DNA from: an uncultured delta proteobacterium
GTDB taxonomy: Bacteria > Myxococcota > UBA727 > VGSZ01
Direction: 5' to 3'
Assembly: GCA_963775425.1 (NCBI GenBank)
Contig: CAVZJB010000016.1
Span: 672,001 to 736,000 of the forward strand
Length of the DNA stretch: 64,000 bases
Both the position numbers and the translations under genes were made by a program. Positions 35,107-46,886 of the stretch are shown in pieces. The notes beneath the pieces were generated by a model. The model was not told where the DNA came from, ran no database searches, and saw only the letters and a program-made list of their open reading frames with translations. The stretch's first letter is position 1; each line of letters starts with the position of its first letter.

Positions 35107-37830
35107 TCAGCGGCGGCGACGGCGCAAGGCGAGCGCCGAGGCGAGCGCCAGGGCGCCGAGCCAGAGGCCGTCGGCGCCGGTCTGGGCGCAGCCGCCGCGG
35201 GCGGCGGCCTCCTCGTCGATGCGCTTGCCGGCGACGATGAGGTCGAGGCCGGCGGCGCGGCTGACGTTGCCGGCGGCGTCGATGGCGCGGACGGCGACGC
35301 GGCGGGCGCCGTCGTGCGCGAGCTCCTTCACCGAGCGCACGGACGTGGTGCCCGGATCGCTCCAGTCGCCGTCATCGAGCTGCCACTGCCAGCGCAGCGC
35401 CTCGAAGGGGCTGCCGACGTCGAAGCCGTGGGCGACGACGTCCTCGCCGACGACCTTGAGGTCCACCTTGGGCGGCTCCGGGTCCACCCAGACCTTCACG
35501 CTCTGCGCGCCGTCTTCGGGCTCGAGCGAGTTGGGATCGCCGATGGTGCGCGCGCGCAGGGTGACCGTGTGCTCCCCGACGAGGAACAGCTTGGGATCCT
35601 TGATGACGACGACGCCGTCGGCGCCCGGCTCGATGGGCCCGCGCCACATGCCGAAGTCGACGCGCGCGAAGTACTCGTGACCGTCGAACGCGTCGTCGGT
35701 CTCGACGCGCACCTGGCCCGTGGGCATCCCCGTCATCCCCGGCGGCAACTGCTCCGCGTCCGGCATCCGCAGCACACCCGCGTCGTCCGCGATGCGCAGG
35801 TCGAGGGTGCGCGCGGTGAACGGCTGCGGCTGTTCCGACGTGAGCCCGAGGTACACGTTCAGGAACTGCCGATCCTCGGGCGGCGTGGTCTCGAGCCCGA
35901 CGAACTGCACGAAGATGGGGGCGCCGCCGAGGGCGCTCGAGAGCGTGGGGCCGACGTCGAAGTTGAACTCGAGGTTGTTGCCGATGGCGGCGTCGAAGAC
36001 CGTGCCGATGAGGGACTGCAGCACCTCGGTGAAGGCCACGCCGGGCAGGAGCTCGTTGTAGCGCTCGGTGAAGTTCTCGATGTTGGGACCGTCCACGACC
36101 GCGATGCGCAGCGAGCTGGTGGCGGGGTCGTTGAACACGCTGAGCTGCATCGAGATGTCGGTGGCGACGGCGAACACCCTCGAGAAGCGCTCGTTCATCT
36201 GGACGTAGAAGCTCACCTCGGTGTTGGGCCAGGTGATCTTGATGTGGCCGTCGGTGTCGGTGCCCTCGCCGTAGGTGAGCACGGGCGGCTGGCTCGGCGC
36301 GATGGCGATGAGCGCCGGCGAGTTGTCGGACGTGTACGCGCCGAGCTTGCCGCCGGTGAGGACGTCGATGAGGCCCGCCTTCAATTCGAACGCGCCCTTG
36401 GTGAGCTGATGGACCGCGTCCGGGGACGCTTCGATGCACAGCGCCCCCGAGTTGTACGCCGCGAACAGCGCCTGGTTGAGCGCCGGCGCCGCCAGGCTGG
36501 CGCCGAGCGAGTAGACCTGCCCGTCGAACACGCCGGTGAGCGGCTGCGCGTCGGGGACCTCGAATTCGAAGCCGCCGTAGAGGTCCGAGAAGTCGTTGCC
36601 CTCGATGTGGCGCACGCAGGGGTTCGGCACGGGGGTGTCGTCGGTGAGCGAGGGCGCGGCCTCGAAGCCCGACTTGAGGATCATGTCCATGCCCTGCGCG
36701 CCCGGAGACGGGTCGGGGGCGTTGACGTCGAAGGCGCCGGCGGTGGGTCCGACAGCGAAGCCCATGTCGAGCGCGGACGACGGGAGGATGCCGGGCGCGA
36801 AGCCCGCGAGGCTCAGGCGGCCCGACGCCGCGATGGGCGAGCCGTCGAATTGGTCGAGCGCGTTTCGCAGCGCGGTCTCGAGGAGCCCGGGCAGGAAGCC
36901 CTGGATGAGGTTGTTGACGAGGCCGGCGAAGGCGGCGGCGATGTCGACGAAGACGTTGCCGATGGCGCAGACGCCGCTGCACTCGGTGTCGCCGTTGGTG
37001 TCGACGAGGGCGTTGTAGTCGCTGCACTCCTCGGAGCAGACGCCGTCGCCGTCGGGCGTGCCGTCGTGACAGCTCACGGCGAAGTCGCAGCCGCCGCCGG
37101 GGCACTTGGGCGGCTTGTCGAGCGCGAGGTCGCCGGCGCCGAAGCCGCCGATGGACGCGCTGTTCACCGTGACGTCGATCTTCAGGCACTCGGGCGCGTT
37201 GTTGTCGCACTCGGCGTTGTTGCCCACGCGCGGCTTGATGGTGGCGTCGATGGACAGCGTGGTGAACATCGGGCGCCCGCCGAGGCCGCCGTTGGTCCCG
37301 AACAGGTCGCACGCCGCCGCGCCCAGGCCAAAGTCCGAGAAGATGCGCGCCTCGATGCCGACGGGGACGTTCTGCGCGACGATGTGGATGCCGTCGGGCT
37401 CACCGGGGTTCACGCCGACGAACTCCACCTGCAGGCCGTTCGCGAGCGCGTCGCCGTCGATGACCAGCGAGAGCGGGCGCGTCTCGTTGTCGTCGGCGTT
37501 GATGGAGATGCCGGCGCCGAGGTCGTGGCGGTTTCTATCGTGGATGACGAGCATCCCCGGGAACGCCGGGTCCGTGCCCAGGAGGCTGCCGAGGATGGGC
37601 CGGATGTTCTCGACGAGGAAGTCGAGCGCGTTCTGCGTCATGCGCATGCGCACGCCCTCGTCGACGAACTGGTCGCCGTTGGGCACCTGCGCGTTGGTCT
37701 GCGGGAAGTCGTAGGCGCTCTGACAGCCGCTCGAGCTCCCGCAGGAGAGCCCGCCGCCGCAGCCGTAGGTGGCGACGAGTGCGAGCGCGAGCATCACCGC
37801 GCGCGCGAGGGGGGAGCGTCGAGGGGACAT
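35107..37830 (-). CDS. MYXO-CTERM surface protein, possible BPI/LBP (TULIP)-like fold
   Basis: N-terminal TYGC lipobox; C-terminal GGCAQTGADGLWLGALALASALALRRRRR; GVRMRMTQNALDFL and ALNQALFAAYNSGAL recall BPI/LBP segments. Confidence 0.8.
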   Translation of the reverse strand: MSPRRSPLARAVMLALALVATYGCGGGLSCGSSSGCQSAYDFPQTNAQVPNGDQFVDEGVRMRMTQNALDFLVENIRPILGSLLGTDPAFPGMLVIHDRNRHDLGAGISINADDNETRPLSLVIDGDALANGLQVEFVGVNPGEPDGIHIVAQNVPVGIEARIFSDFGLGAAACDLFGTNGGLGGRPMFTTLSIDATIKPRVGNNAECDNNAPECLKIDVTVNSASIGGFGAGDLALDKPPKCPGGGCDFAVSCHDGTPDGDGVCSEECSDYNALVDTNGDTECSGVCAIGNVFVDIAAAFAGLVNNLIQGFLPGLLETALRNALDQFDGSPIAASGRLSLAGFAPGILPSSALDMGFAVGPTAGAFDVNAPDPSPGAQGMDMILKSGFEAAPSLTDDTPVPNPCVRHIEGNDFSDLYGGFEFEVPDAQPLTGVFDGQVYSLGASLAAPALNQALFAAYNSGALCIEASPDAVHQLTKGAFELKAGLIDVLTGGKLGAYTSDNSPALIAIAPSQPPVLTYGEGTDTDGHIKITWPNTEVSFYVQMNERFSRVFAVATDISMQLSVFNDPATSSLRIAVVDGPNIENFTERYNELLPGVAFTEVLQSLIGTVFDAAIGNNLEFNFDVGPTLSSALGGAPIFVQFVGLETTPPEDRQFLNVYLGLTSEQPQPFTARTLDLRIADDAGVLRMPDAEQLPPGMTGMPTGQVRVETDDAFDGHEYFARVDFGMWRGPIEPGADGVVVIKDPKLFLVGEHTVTLRARTIGDPNSLEPEDGAQSVKVWVDPEPPKVDLKVVGEDVVAHGFDVGSPFEALRWQWQLDDGDWSDPGTTSVRSVKELAHDGARRVAVRAIDAAGNVSRAAGLDLIVAGKRIDEEAAARGGCAQTGADGLWLGALALASALALRRRRR

Positions 37831-38028
37831 GTACCCTCGATTGAACCAGAAGCAGCGCCAGGGAGCCATACGGATCTCCGCTAGAAGCCGACATCGCATT
37901 CGGCGTAGGGGATTATCGCACCTGAGGGTGACGCGGTGCGGCGGATCTCGAAATGGCCGCGGGCGCGCCCCCGTTGTCCCCGCAGCCGTCGAGCTCCCGC
38001 GCGTGCGGGGCCGATCGCAGGGGGCTCC

Positions 38029-39180
38029 GTGACGACGACGACGCGCATCCTCTACCTCGCCCTCGCCGACGCGCGCGGGCACCTCATGCGCGCGCACGTG
38101 CTGCGTGGGGTCCTCGCGGGGCGCGGCGTCGAGGTCGACATCGTCACCACCAGCGACGACGGCGCGCGCTTCCTCGCGGCGCTGGGGACGCCGGCGGCGG
38201 TGTTGCCCGGCGGCTTCGGCATGGAGCTCGGGCCGCGCCACGACCTCCGCCTCGGAGCGACCCGGCGCCGCGTGCTGCGCTATGCGATGCGCGAGCTCCG
38301 GCGCGACGTCGACGCGCTGCGGGCGCGGGCGGCGGGGTGCGCGCTCGTCGTCAACGACTCGTTTCACCCGGCGCTCCTCGGGGCGCACCTGTTCGCGCCG
38401 GAGCTGTTCGTGGTGCACGTGCACGGCGAGAACCTGCGCGAGACGGTGCGCGCGCAGTCCCGCCCGCTGCGCGTCGATCGCTGGCTGTCGCACGCGCGGC
38501 AGATCGTGCACGCCCTCGACGACGTCCCCGGCGTGGGCGCTCGCGGCGAGCTGCGTCTGCCGCCGGTGATCGCGCTGCCCTCGAGCGCGCCCGGGGCGGT
38601 GCGGGCCGCGCTCGCGCCGTCGGCGAGGGGCCTGGCCGCGGTGTACCTGAACCCGCACTACCGCGCGCCGTTCATCGCCGACCTCGTCGAGGGCGCCGTC
38701 GCCGACGCCGGGCTGGCGCTGTGCGGCGTCTCCGAGGTGTTCGCCGGGCGGCCGGGGTGGCGCGCCGCCGACGGCGCGTTCGTCGACGTCGTCGCCGCCG
38801 CCGAGGTGTTCGTGTCGGGCGCGGGCATGGGGGCGCTCGAGCAGGCCCGCGCGACGGGGACCCCGCTCGTGTGCCTCCTCGGCGACCAGGCGGAGCAGAC
38901 GAGGAACGTCGCGGAGCGCGGGCTGCCGGCGGTCCACCTCGACGACCCCGGCGCGCGCGCGCGGCTCGCGCGCGCCCTCGCCTCGGTCCGAGGGACGAGG
39001 CGCGACGCGGACGGCCGACGCGAGAATCGCGCGCGTGCAGGCGATGTGGGGCGACGCGATCGGCTCGTTCATCGAGGAGGCCGCCCATGTCGACACGCGC
39101 CGAGACCGGCGCGCTCGACGACGTCAGCGCGCCGGCGGCGTGCGCGCCCGCGCTCCGCGTTCACCGCGCCGCGTTGGTAG
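38029..39180 (+). CDS. GT-B fold glycosyltransferase-like protein; C-terminus possibly frameshifted near 39013
   Basis: RILYLALADARGHLMRA, VVNDSFHP, VFVSGAGMGALEQA, DQAEQTRN. Confidence 0.7.
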   Translation: MTTTTRILYLALADARGHLMRAHVLRGVLAGRGVEVDIVTTSDDGARFLAALGTPAAVLPGGFGMELGPRHDLRLGATRRRVLRYAMRELRRDVDALRARAAGCALVVNDSFHPALLGAHLFAPELFVVHVHGENLRETVRAQSRPLRVDRWLSHARQIVHALDDVPGVGARGELRLPPVIALPSSAPGAVRAALAPSARGLAAVYLNPHYRAPFIADLVEGAVADAGLALCGVSEVFAGRPGWRAADGAFVDVVAAAEVFVSGAGMGALEQARATGTPLVCLLGDQAEQTRNVAERGLPAVHLDDPGARARLARALASVRGTRRDADGRRENRARAGDVGRRDRLVHRGGRPCRHAPRPARSTTSARRRRARPRSAFTAPRW

Positions 39181-39210
39181 GTCGACCTAGAGGGGGCGCA
39201 GGAGGCGGAC

Positions 39211-40200
39211 ATGCGCAGGCGGGCCATCGCCGCAGCCACGCTGGCGACCAGCGTCGCGCTCTTCGCGCGCGGCGTCGTGCGGACGCACCGGAGGGGGTGG
39301 CTGCGTGGCAAGGTCGTCGTCGTCACCGGCGGCACGCGCGGGCTCGGGCTCGCGCTCGCTCGCCGCTTCCTCGTTGAAGGCGCGCGCGTCGCCGTGTGCG
39401 CGCGCGATGAGAGCGAGGTGCGGGTCGCGCAACAGCTGCTGCCCGGCGCGCTCTGTCTGGCGTGCGACCTCACGGCGCCCGGCGCCGCCGCGGACCTCGT
39501 CGACAAGGTCGTCGCGCGGTACGGCGGCGTCGACGTCCTCGTCAACAACGCCGGCATCATCCAGGTGGGCGCGGCCGACGACATGACGCGCGAGGACTAC
39601 GAAGCCGCGATGAACATCCACTTCTTCGCGGCGCTCGACGCCGTTCGCGCGGTGCTCCCGGTGATGCGGAGGCGCGGCGGCGGACGGATCGTGAACATCG
39701 CCTCCCTCGGCGGCAAGCTCGCCGTGCCGCACATGCTGCCGTACACCGCGAGCAAGTTCGCGCTCGTCGGTCTGTCGGAGGGGTTGCGCGCCGAGCTCGC
39801 GCGCGAGGGCATCGCCGTCACGACGGTGTGCCCGGGGCCGATGCGCACCGGGAGCCCACGCAACGCGACCTTCAAGGGGAAGCACCGAGACGAGTACGCG
39901 TGGTTCGCGGTCACCGCGGCCGCGCCGGGCCTCTCCATCGCCGCGGACCGCGCCGCCGCCCGCATCGTGCGCGCGTGCAGAAACGGCGCGTCCGAGGTCT
40001 TCGTGTCGCTCCCGGCGCGGCTCGTCGCGGAGCTTCACGGGATCTTCCCGGGGCTCAGCGGCGACGTCGCCGCGCTCGTGAACCGCGCGCTCCCGCACGC
40101 CGCCGGCAGCGACGCGCACCGCGGCAAGGACAGCGCGTCACGACCGTCGATCCTGACCGAGCGCAACGAGCGCGCCGCGGCCCGGCAGAACCAACCGTAG
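39211..40200 (+). CDS. SDR family oxidoreductase
   Basis: TGGTRGLG, VNNAG, YTASK; AGGAGG SD. Confidence 0.95.
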   Translation: MRRRAIAAATLATSVALFARGVVRTHRRGWLRGKVVVVTGGTRGLGLALARRFLVEGARVAVCARDESEVRVAQQLLPGALCLACDLTAPGAAADLVDKVVARYGGVDVLVNNAGIIQVGAADDMTREDYEAAMNIHFFAALDAVRAVLPVMRRRGGGRIVNIASLGGKLAVPHMLPYTASKFALVGLSEGLRAELAREGIAVTTVCPGPMRTGSPRNATFKGKHRDEYAWFAVTAAAPGLSIAADRAAARIVRACRNGASEVFVSLPARLVAELHGIFPGLSGDVAALVNRALPHAAGSDAHRGKDSASRPSILTERNERAAARQNQP

Positions 40201-40245
40201 CCGGAGATCACGCGCGCGAAAGGGGCGCGCCCCGCGACGACGCCG

Positions 40246-41016
40246 TCACGCCAAGAGCGCGCAGCAGGTGACGCCGCCCTCGGCCTTGGCAAGCTCGCTG
40301 TTGTCGACCGGGACGACGCGGACGCCCTGCGCCCCGAGGCGCGCGCCGGTGCGCTCGTGCTCCCGCGGGTACACGACGACGTCACCGACCAGCAGCGCGT
40401 TGGCGGCGGCCGGCTCGTCGGGGTGCACCTCGATGAAGCGCCGCCCGTCGCCGTGCTCGAAGGCCGCCGGCGCCACGAACGCGGGGTTCACGAGGAGCGC
40501 GCCGCCGCCGACGTGCGTGCACGCCGTCTTCAGGTGCAGGCAGCCGGTGACGTCGACGGCGCGCACCGTCTTTCCGAGCGGCGCGAGCGCGCGGGACAGC
40601 GCCTCGATCCCCGCGTCGTTGGTGCGGGCCGTGCGGCCGACGTAGACGTCGGCGCCGACGACGAGGACGTCGCCGCCGTCGAGCGTGGCCGGCGCCTCCA
40701 TGCCCACCAGGCGCTTGCCCTGCCGCAGGAGCGCGGACGCCACCGGCGCCACCTCGCCCCGACGGCTCTCCGCACCCGCCCGCGCGATGACGGCGACCGG
40801 GCCGACCGCGACCGCGGTGTCTTCGATGAACACGCAGTCGGGGTGCGCGTCATCCGCCGGCACCTCGAGCACGTGGAGCCCGAGCACGCGCAACACGTCG
40901 GCGTACGCCGCGTGTTGGCGGCGTGCGACGTCGACGTCGATGGGTGCGCGCGTGAGGTGCGTGAGCTCGCACTCCGCGAGCGTCGACGCGACCCCACGCA
41001 CGAGGGCGGTGGGCAC
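40246..41016 (-). CDS. Dimethylargininase (DDAH/amidinotransferase family)
   Basis: [37 protein letters not shown]. Confidence 0.93.
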   Translation of the reverse strand: MPTALVRGVASTLAECELTHLTRAPIDVDVARRQHAAYADVLRVLGLHVLEVPADDAHPDCVFIEDTAVAVGPVAVIARAGAESRRGEVAPVASALLRQGKRLVGMEAPATLDGGDVLVVGADVYVGRTARTNDAGIEALSRALAPLGKTVRAVDVTGCLHLKTACTHVGGGALLVNPAFVAPAAFEHGDGRRFIEVHPDEPAAANALLVGDVVVYPREHERTGARLGAQGVRVVPVDNSELAKAEGGVTCCALLA

Positions 41017-41025
41017 CGGAGCCGC

Positions 41026-43233
<2,208 letters not shown>

Positions 43234-43246
43234 CTGACTCTCCAAA

Positions 43247-43318
43247 GCCAGATGAACGGATGCGGCGGGGTCGCGAGTGTCGTCGTCGTTCGCGAGCGCG
43301 CCGCATACTTCATCTGGC
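43247..43318 (-). promoter_or_regulatory. Long stem-loop in the pnp 5' leader (candidate RNase III/autoregulation stem)
   Basis: GCCAGATGAA/TTCATCTGGC, ATGCGGCG/CGCCGCAT and TCGCGA/TCGCGA pairings. Confidence 0.6.
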
Positions 43319-43347
43319 GCAAAGCCTGGCCGGGACTCCGACCAGGG

Positions 43348-43380
43348 AAACAGAAAAGCGGGGCCAGAGAGGCCCCGCTT
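43348..43380 (-). terminator. Intrinsic terminator after rpsO
   Basis: Minus strand AAGCGGGGCC-tctct-GGCCCCGCTT followed by TTCTGTTT. Confidence 0.8.
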
Positions 43381-43392
43381 CCCGACGAACCG

Positions 43393-43656
43393 TTACTTAC
43401 GAAGTCCGAGCTGATCGATCAGCTTCTTGTAGCGCTCGAGATCCTTGCCCTTCAGGTAGTTGAGCAGGCCCCGGCGCTGGGACACGAGCTTCAAGAGCCC
43501 GATGCGCCCGTGGTGGTCATGCTTGTGGATCTTGAAGTGCTCGGTGAGGCTGTTGATGCGCTCGCTCATGAGCGCGACCTGGACCTCGGGGGAGCCGGTG
43601 TCGCCGGTCTTCTGCGCGAACTTCTCGACGATTTCGCGCTTCTTTTCCACGTACAT
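43393..43656 (-). CDS. rpsO: 30S ribosomal protein S15
   Basis: [11 protein letters not shown]...HKHDHH...[16 protein letters not shown]...LGLRK. Confidence 0.99.
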   Translation of the reverse strand: MYVEKKREIVEKFAQKTGDTGSPEVQVALMSERINSLTEHFKIHKHDHHGRIGLLKLVSQRRGLLNYLKGKDLERYKKLIDQLGLRK

Positions 43657-43716
43657 CGTTGAAACCTTCCTTGTCACCGCGGGCCCAGCGAAATTGCCGG
43701 GCGAGGGTCTGGGCGC

Positions 43717-43745
43717 GGGGTACGCACACCCGCCGGGGGTGTCAA
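43717..43745 (-). promoter_or_regulatory. rpsO promoter
   Basis: Minus strand TTGACA-17nt-TACCCC; the downstream leader has a GCCCAG/CTGGGC hairpin before the SD. Confidence 0.6.
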
Positions 43746-43783
43746 TGCAGGCGGAGCGGCGCGGGAACCGCTAGGATGGCGCG

Positions 43784-44836
43784 ATGTTTCACGGGATGAG
43801 CGCCCTGCAGGTGGCGATTTCCATCGTCGGCGTCGGCGTCCTCATCGCCTGGCACGAGTTCGGCCACTACGTCGTCGCGCGGCTGCTGGGCGTGCGCGTG
43901 CTGCGCTACTCCATCGGCTTCGGACCGCGCTTGTGGCGGCTCGGCTTCCGGCGCAAGGACATCGACTACCAGATCGGCGTCGTCCCCATCGGCGGCTTCG
44001 TCCAGATGAAGGGCATGACGCCGCTCGAGGAGGGCGCCGTCGGCGACCCCAGGAGCTTCATCATGCGCCCCCGCTGGGTGCGCTTCCTCGTGCTCGCCGC
44101 CGGCCCCGGCTTCAACTACCTGATGGGCGCCGCGCTCTTCTTCCTCTACCTCGTCCTGTACCCCTCGCCGCTGGCAACCACCACGGTGCAGGTCGGCGTG
44201 GTCGCGGGCGCCCCCGCCGCCGCGGCCGGCGTCGAGGACGGCGACTTCATCGTCGACGTCGACGGTGAGCACTTCGACTCCGTGGGCGAGTTCAAGCAGC
44301 TCATCGGCAAAAAGAACGGCGCGCCCGTCACCCTCGACATCCTGCGCGGCACCGACCAGCGCGTCGCCATCCCGGTGACGCCGGCGCCGCTCGGCGACGG
44401 CTTCGTGATCGGCGTGGAGCCCGAGGTGCGCTACCCCGCCGCCAGCCTCGGCCTCACCGCCGCGGCCACGCTCGTGTGGTGCAAGGACGCCACCGTCAGC
44501 GAGCTGTCCGCCATCGGCGCGCTGTTCCGCCGGGAGCCGGGCGTCCAGCTCCAAAGCCCGGTGAAGATCGTGTCCCAGATGAAGGACGAGATCGCGCGCG
44601 GCGGCGGCTTCTTCCTGCGCTTCCTGGCGCTGCTGTCGGTGAGCATCGGCCTGTTCAACCTGCTCCCGGTGCCGGCGCTCGACGGCATCAAGATGCTGTT
44701 CCTGACCGTCGAGGGTGCCATTCGCAGAAACCTCCACGCGGGCTTCCAGGTCTGGGTGAACGCGCTCGGCCTCCTGGCGCTCCTCGGGCTCATGGTCGTG
44801 CTCATGGTGCGAGACGCCTGGGGCCTCATCGGTTGA
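43784..44836 (+). CDS. rseP: RIP metalloprotease (M50, site-2 protease) with PDZ
   Basis: HEFGH, SIGFGP, PIGGFV.M.G, AGPGFN, NLLPVPALDG. Confidence 0.93.
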   Translation: MFHGMSALQVAISIVGVGVLIAWHEFGHYVVARLLGVRVLRYSIGFGPRLWRLGFRRKDIDYQIGVVPIGGFVQMKGMTPLEEGAVGDPRSFIMRPRWVRFLVLAAGPGFNYLMGAALFFLYLVLYPSPLATTTVQVGVVAGAPAAAAGVEDGDFIVDVDGEHFDSVGEFKQLIGKKNGAPVTLDILRGTDQRVAIPVTPAPLGDGFVIGVEPEVRYPAASLGLTAAATLVWCKDATVSELSAIGALFRREPGVQLQSPVKIVSQMKDEIARGGGFFLRFLALLSVSIGLFNLLPVPALDGIKMLFLTVEGAIRRNLHAGFQVWVNALGLLALLGLMVVLMVRDAWGLIG

Positions 44837-44837
44837 C

Positions 44838-45323
44838 TCAGGCGCTGGTCGGGCGCTGCGCGAGCCGCGCCTGCCGCCGGGCGAGCGCTTCGCGGGCGCG
44901 GCGTCGGTCCTCGTCGGTCTCGAGGATGAGCGCCGGCACCGACGTGGGCTTGCCGTGCGCGTCGAGCGCGACGAAGGTGGCGTAGGCCTTCATGGCCTTG
45001 TTGACCTCGCCGGTGAGGGGATCCTCGCTCCACACGGAGACGCCGCACTCCATCGACGTCCTGAAGGTGGCGTTCACCTGGCCGCGCAGGATGACGATGT
45101 GACCCTGGCGGATGGGCAGGAGGAACTGCAGCGCGTCGATGGCCGCGGTGACGACGACGCTCCGGCAGTGTCTCTGGGCCGCGATGGCGGCGCAGATGTC
45201 GATCCAGCCGGCGATCTGACCCCCGAAGATGTTGCCGAGCGAGTTGGAGAATTCAGGCAGCACGTGCTCGGTCATCTCCACGCGCGAGCGGGCGACGGAA
45301 TGAAGTGGAGCGTCCGAGAGCAT
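44838..45323 (-). CDS. Acyl-CoA thioesterase (hotdog fold)
   Basis: VLP...N.LGNIFGG.I..WID...VVT..ID...F..PI..G; ATFVALD..GKP..VP. Confidence 0.92.
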   Translation of the reverse strand: MLSDAPLHSVARSRVEMTEHVLPEFSNSLGNIFGGQIAGWIDICAAIAAQRHCRSVVVTAAIDALQFLLPIRQGHIVILRGQVNATFRTSMECGVSVWSEDPLTGEVNKAMKAYATFVALDAHGKPTSVPALILETDEDRRRAREALARRQARLAQRPTSA

Positions 45324-45366
45324 GCCGCACCATAGCGGCGCTCCCGCGCCCGGGTACACTCGGGGC

Positions 45367-46129
45367 GTGCGCCGCGCGGCCCTCCTGGTCCTGGTGATCG
45401 CGGGCGCCGCGTGCGGGAGGCCCGCCGGCCTCGCCTCCATCCCGGTCGCCCGCGCCACGCTCAGTGAGCTGAGCCTGGGCAAGCTCGCCGTCACCGCCGG
45501 CGGCGAGGTCGGCGGCGCCCGGCTGCACATCGAGGAGCCCGACGGCACCACGCACGAGGCCGGGCTCACCGCGAGCGGCGCCCTCGCCGGGCCCGCGTTC
45601 GGCATGGGCTTCACGCTCCTCGACGGCGACGGCGAGTATGACCTCTCCGCCGTCGACGACCCTCACGGCGACGACCTCATCGGTCCCTTCGACGGCTTCA
45701 CCGCCGACGGCGCCATGTTCGCCGGCGCCGGCTTCCACTCGCTCGAGAACGACCGCCACGCCGTGGTGAAGATCGGCGGCTTCGAGCTCGACCTGGGCAT
45801 CGATTCTGTTCGCCGGCGAGGAGTGGGTCACGTTCGATGTGTCCGCGGAAGATTGCGGCAACAACCTCGACGACGACGGCGACGGAGACGTCGACTGCGC
45901 CGACAGCGACTGCGCCTGCGTCGAGCAGGACTGCGAAGACGGCGTCGACAACGACCTCGACGGCGCCGTCGACTGCGACGACCCCGACTGCGCCCAGGTG
46001 TTCGCGTGCGAGCGGCGCACGGACGCGGGCGTCGTCGACGCCGGCGACCTCGACGGGGGCGACCTCGACGCCGGTGACGCCGACGCGGGCGTCGTCGACG
46101 CGGGCGACGCCGACGCGGGTGGCGCATGA
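45367..46129 (+). CDS. Lipoprotein (EipA/DUF1134-like?) with Cys/Asp-rich DDDGDG.VDC repeats; +1 frameshift at ~45805
   Basis: GAAC lipobox; removing one T in ATCGATTCTGTTC joins the two ORFs and restores alignment with the downstream paralog. Confidence 0.7.
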
Positions 46130-46614
46130 GGCGCGCGCTCGTCCCCCTGGTGCTGGCGCTGGCGACAGGCTGCGGGCCGGTCGATTTCGCGGACGTCCAG
46201 GTGTCCCAGGCGCGGCTGGTCTCTCTCAGCACGCTCGACGTCACCGTGTTCGGCGGGCTCGGCGGCGGCGACGGGCGCATCAGCCTCGTGGATGTCGACG
46301 GCAACGCGTTTTCTGGCAAGGTCCACGTGAACGTCGGCACCGTGGGCTCCATGCTCGAGCTCGCCATCGAGAGCTTCGACGGCGCGCAGTTCGATCTGGG
46401 CGCAGCGGGCACGGTGACGGCTTCGGACCTGCTCGGCGGCTACGAGGGCTCCCACGACAGCGCGGCGCTGCTGGTGGGCCTGTGCGGCTACGACCTCGAA
46501 AACGATCGGCACGTCAGGCTCGAGGGCGGCGGGGGCCTGGCGGGATTCTCGTTGTACGCGGGGCACTTGTGGGCCGAGATCGAGCCCGCCGGCGACCTCG
46601 AGCCCGCGCCGTAG
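46126..46614 (+). CDS. Lipoprotein paralog of the upstream gene
   Basis: ATGC lipobox; shared DL.G...G......LENDRH motif; ATGA overlap. Confidence 0.75.
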   Translation: MRRALVPLVLALATGCGPVDFADVQVSQARLVSLSTLDVTVFGGLGGGDGRISLVDVDGNAFSGKVHVNVGTVGSMLELAIESFDGAQFDLGAAGTVTASDLLGGYEGSHDSAALLVGLCGYDLENDRHVRLEGGGGLAGFSLYAGHLWAEIEPAGDLEPAP

Positions 46615-46886
46615 CGGCTTGCGCGGCAGCGGGGCGTCTGTTACGGGTAGGCAACTCTTTCCGCCCGCTGGCCGGCCGCGGTCCCCCGAAACGGGGAGGC
46701 GCTCGACCTAAGGGCACCGAAGGCCCCGTAACCCCATCATGGGGGCGCTGAAGGCGCACGGACTTCGCGGACGACCTTCCTCACGGGCACCCGCCCGAGC
46801 GACGCACGCCGAAATGATTCGCACGTCGACAACCGGGGAACATCTACCCAGCGAAGCACGGGGTCGCCAACACAAAGGCGTCCTGC

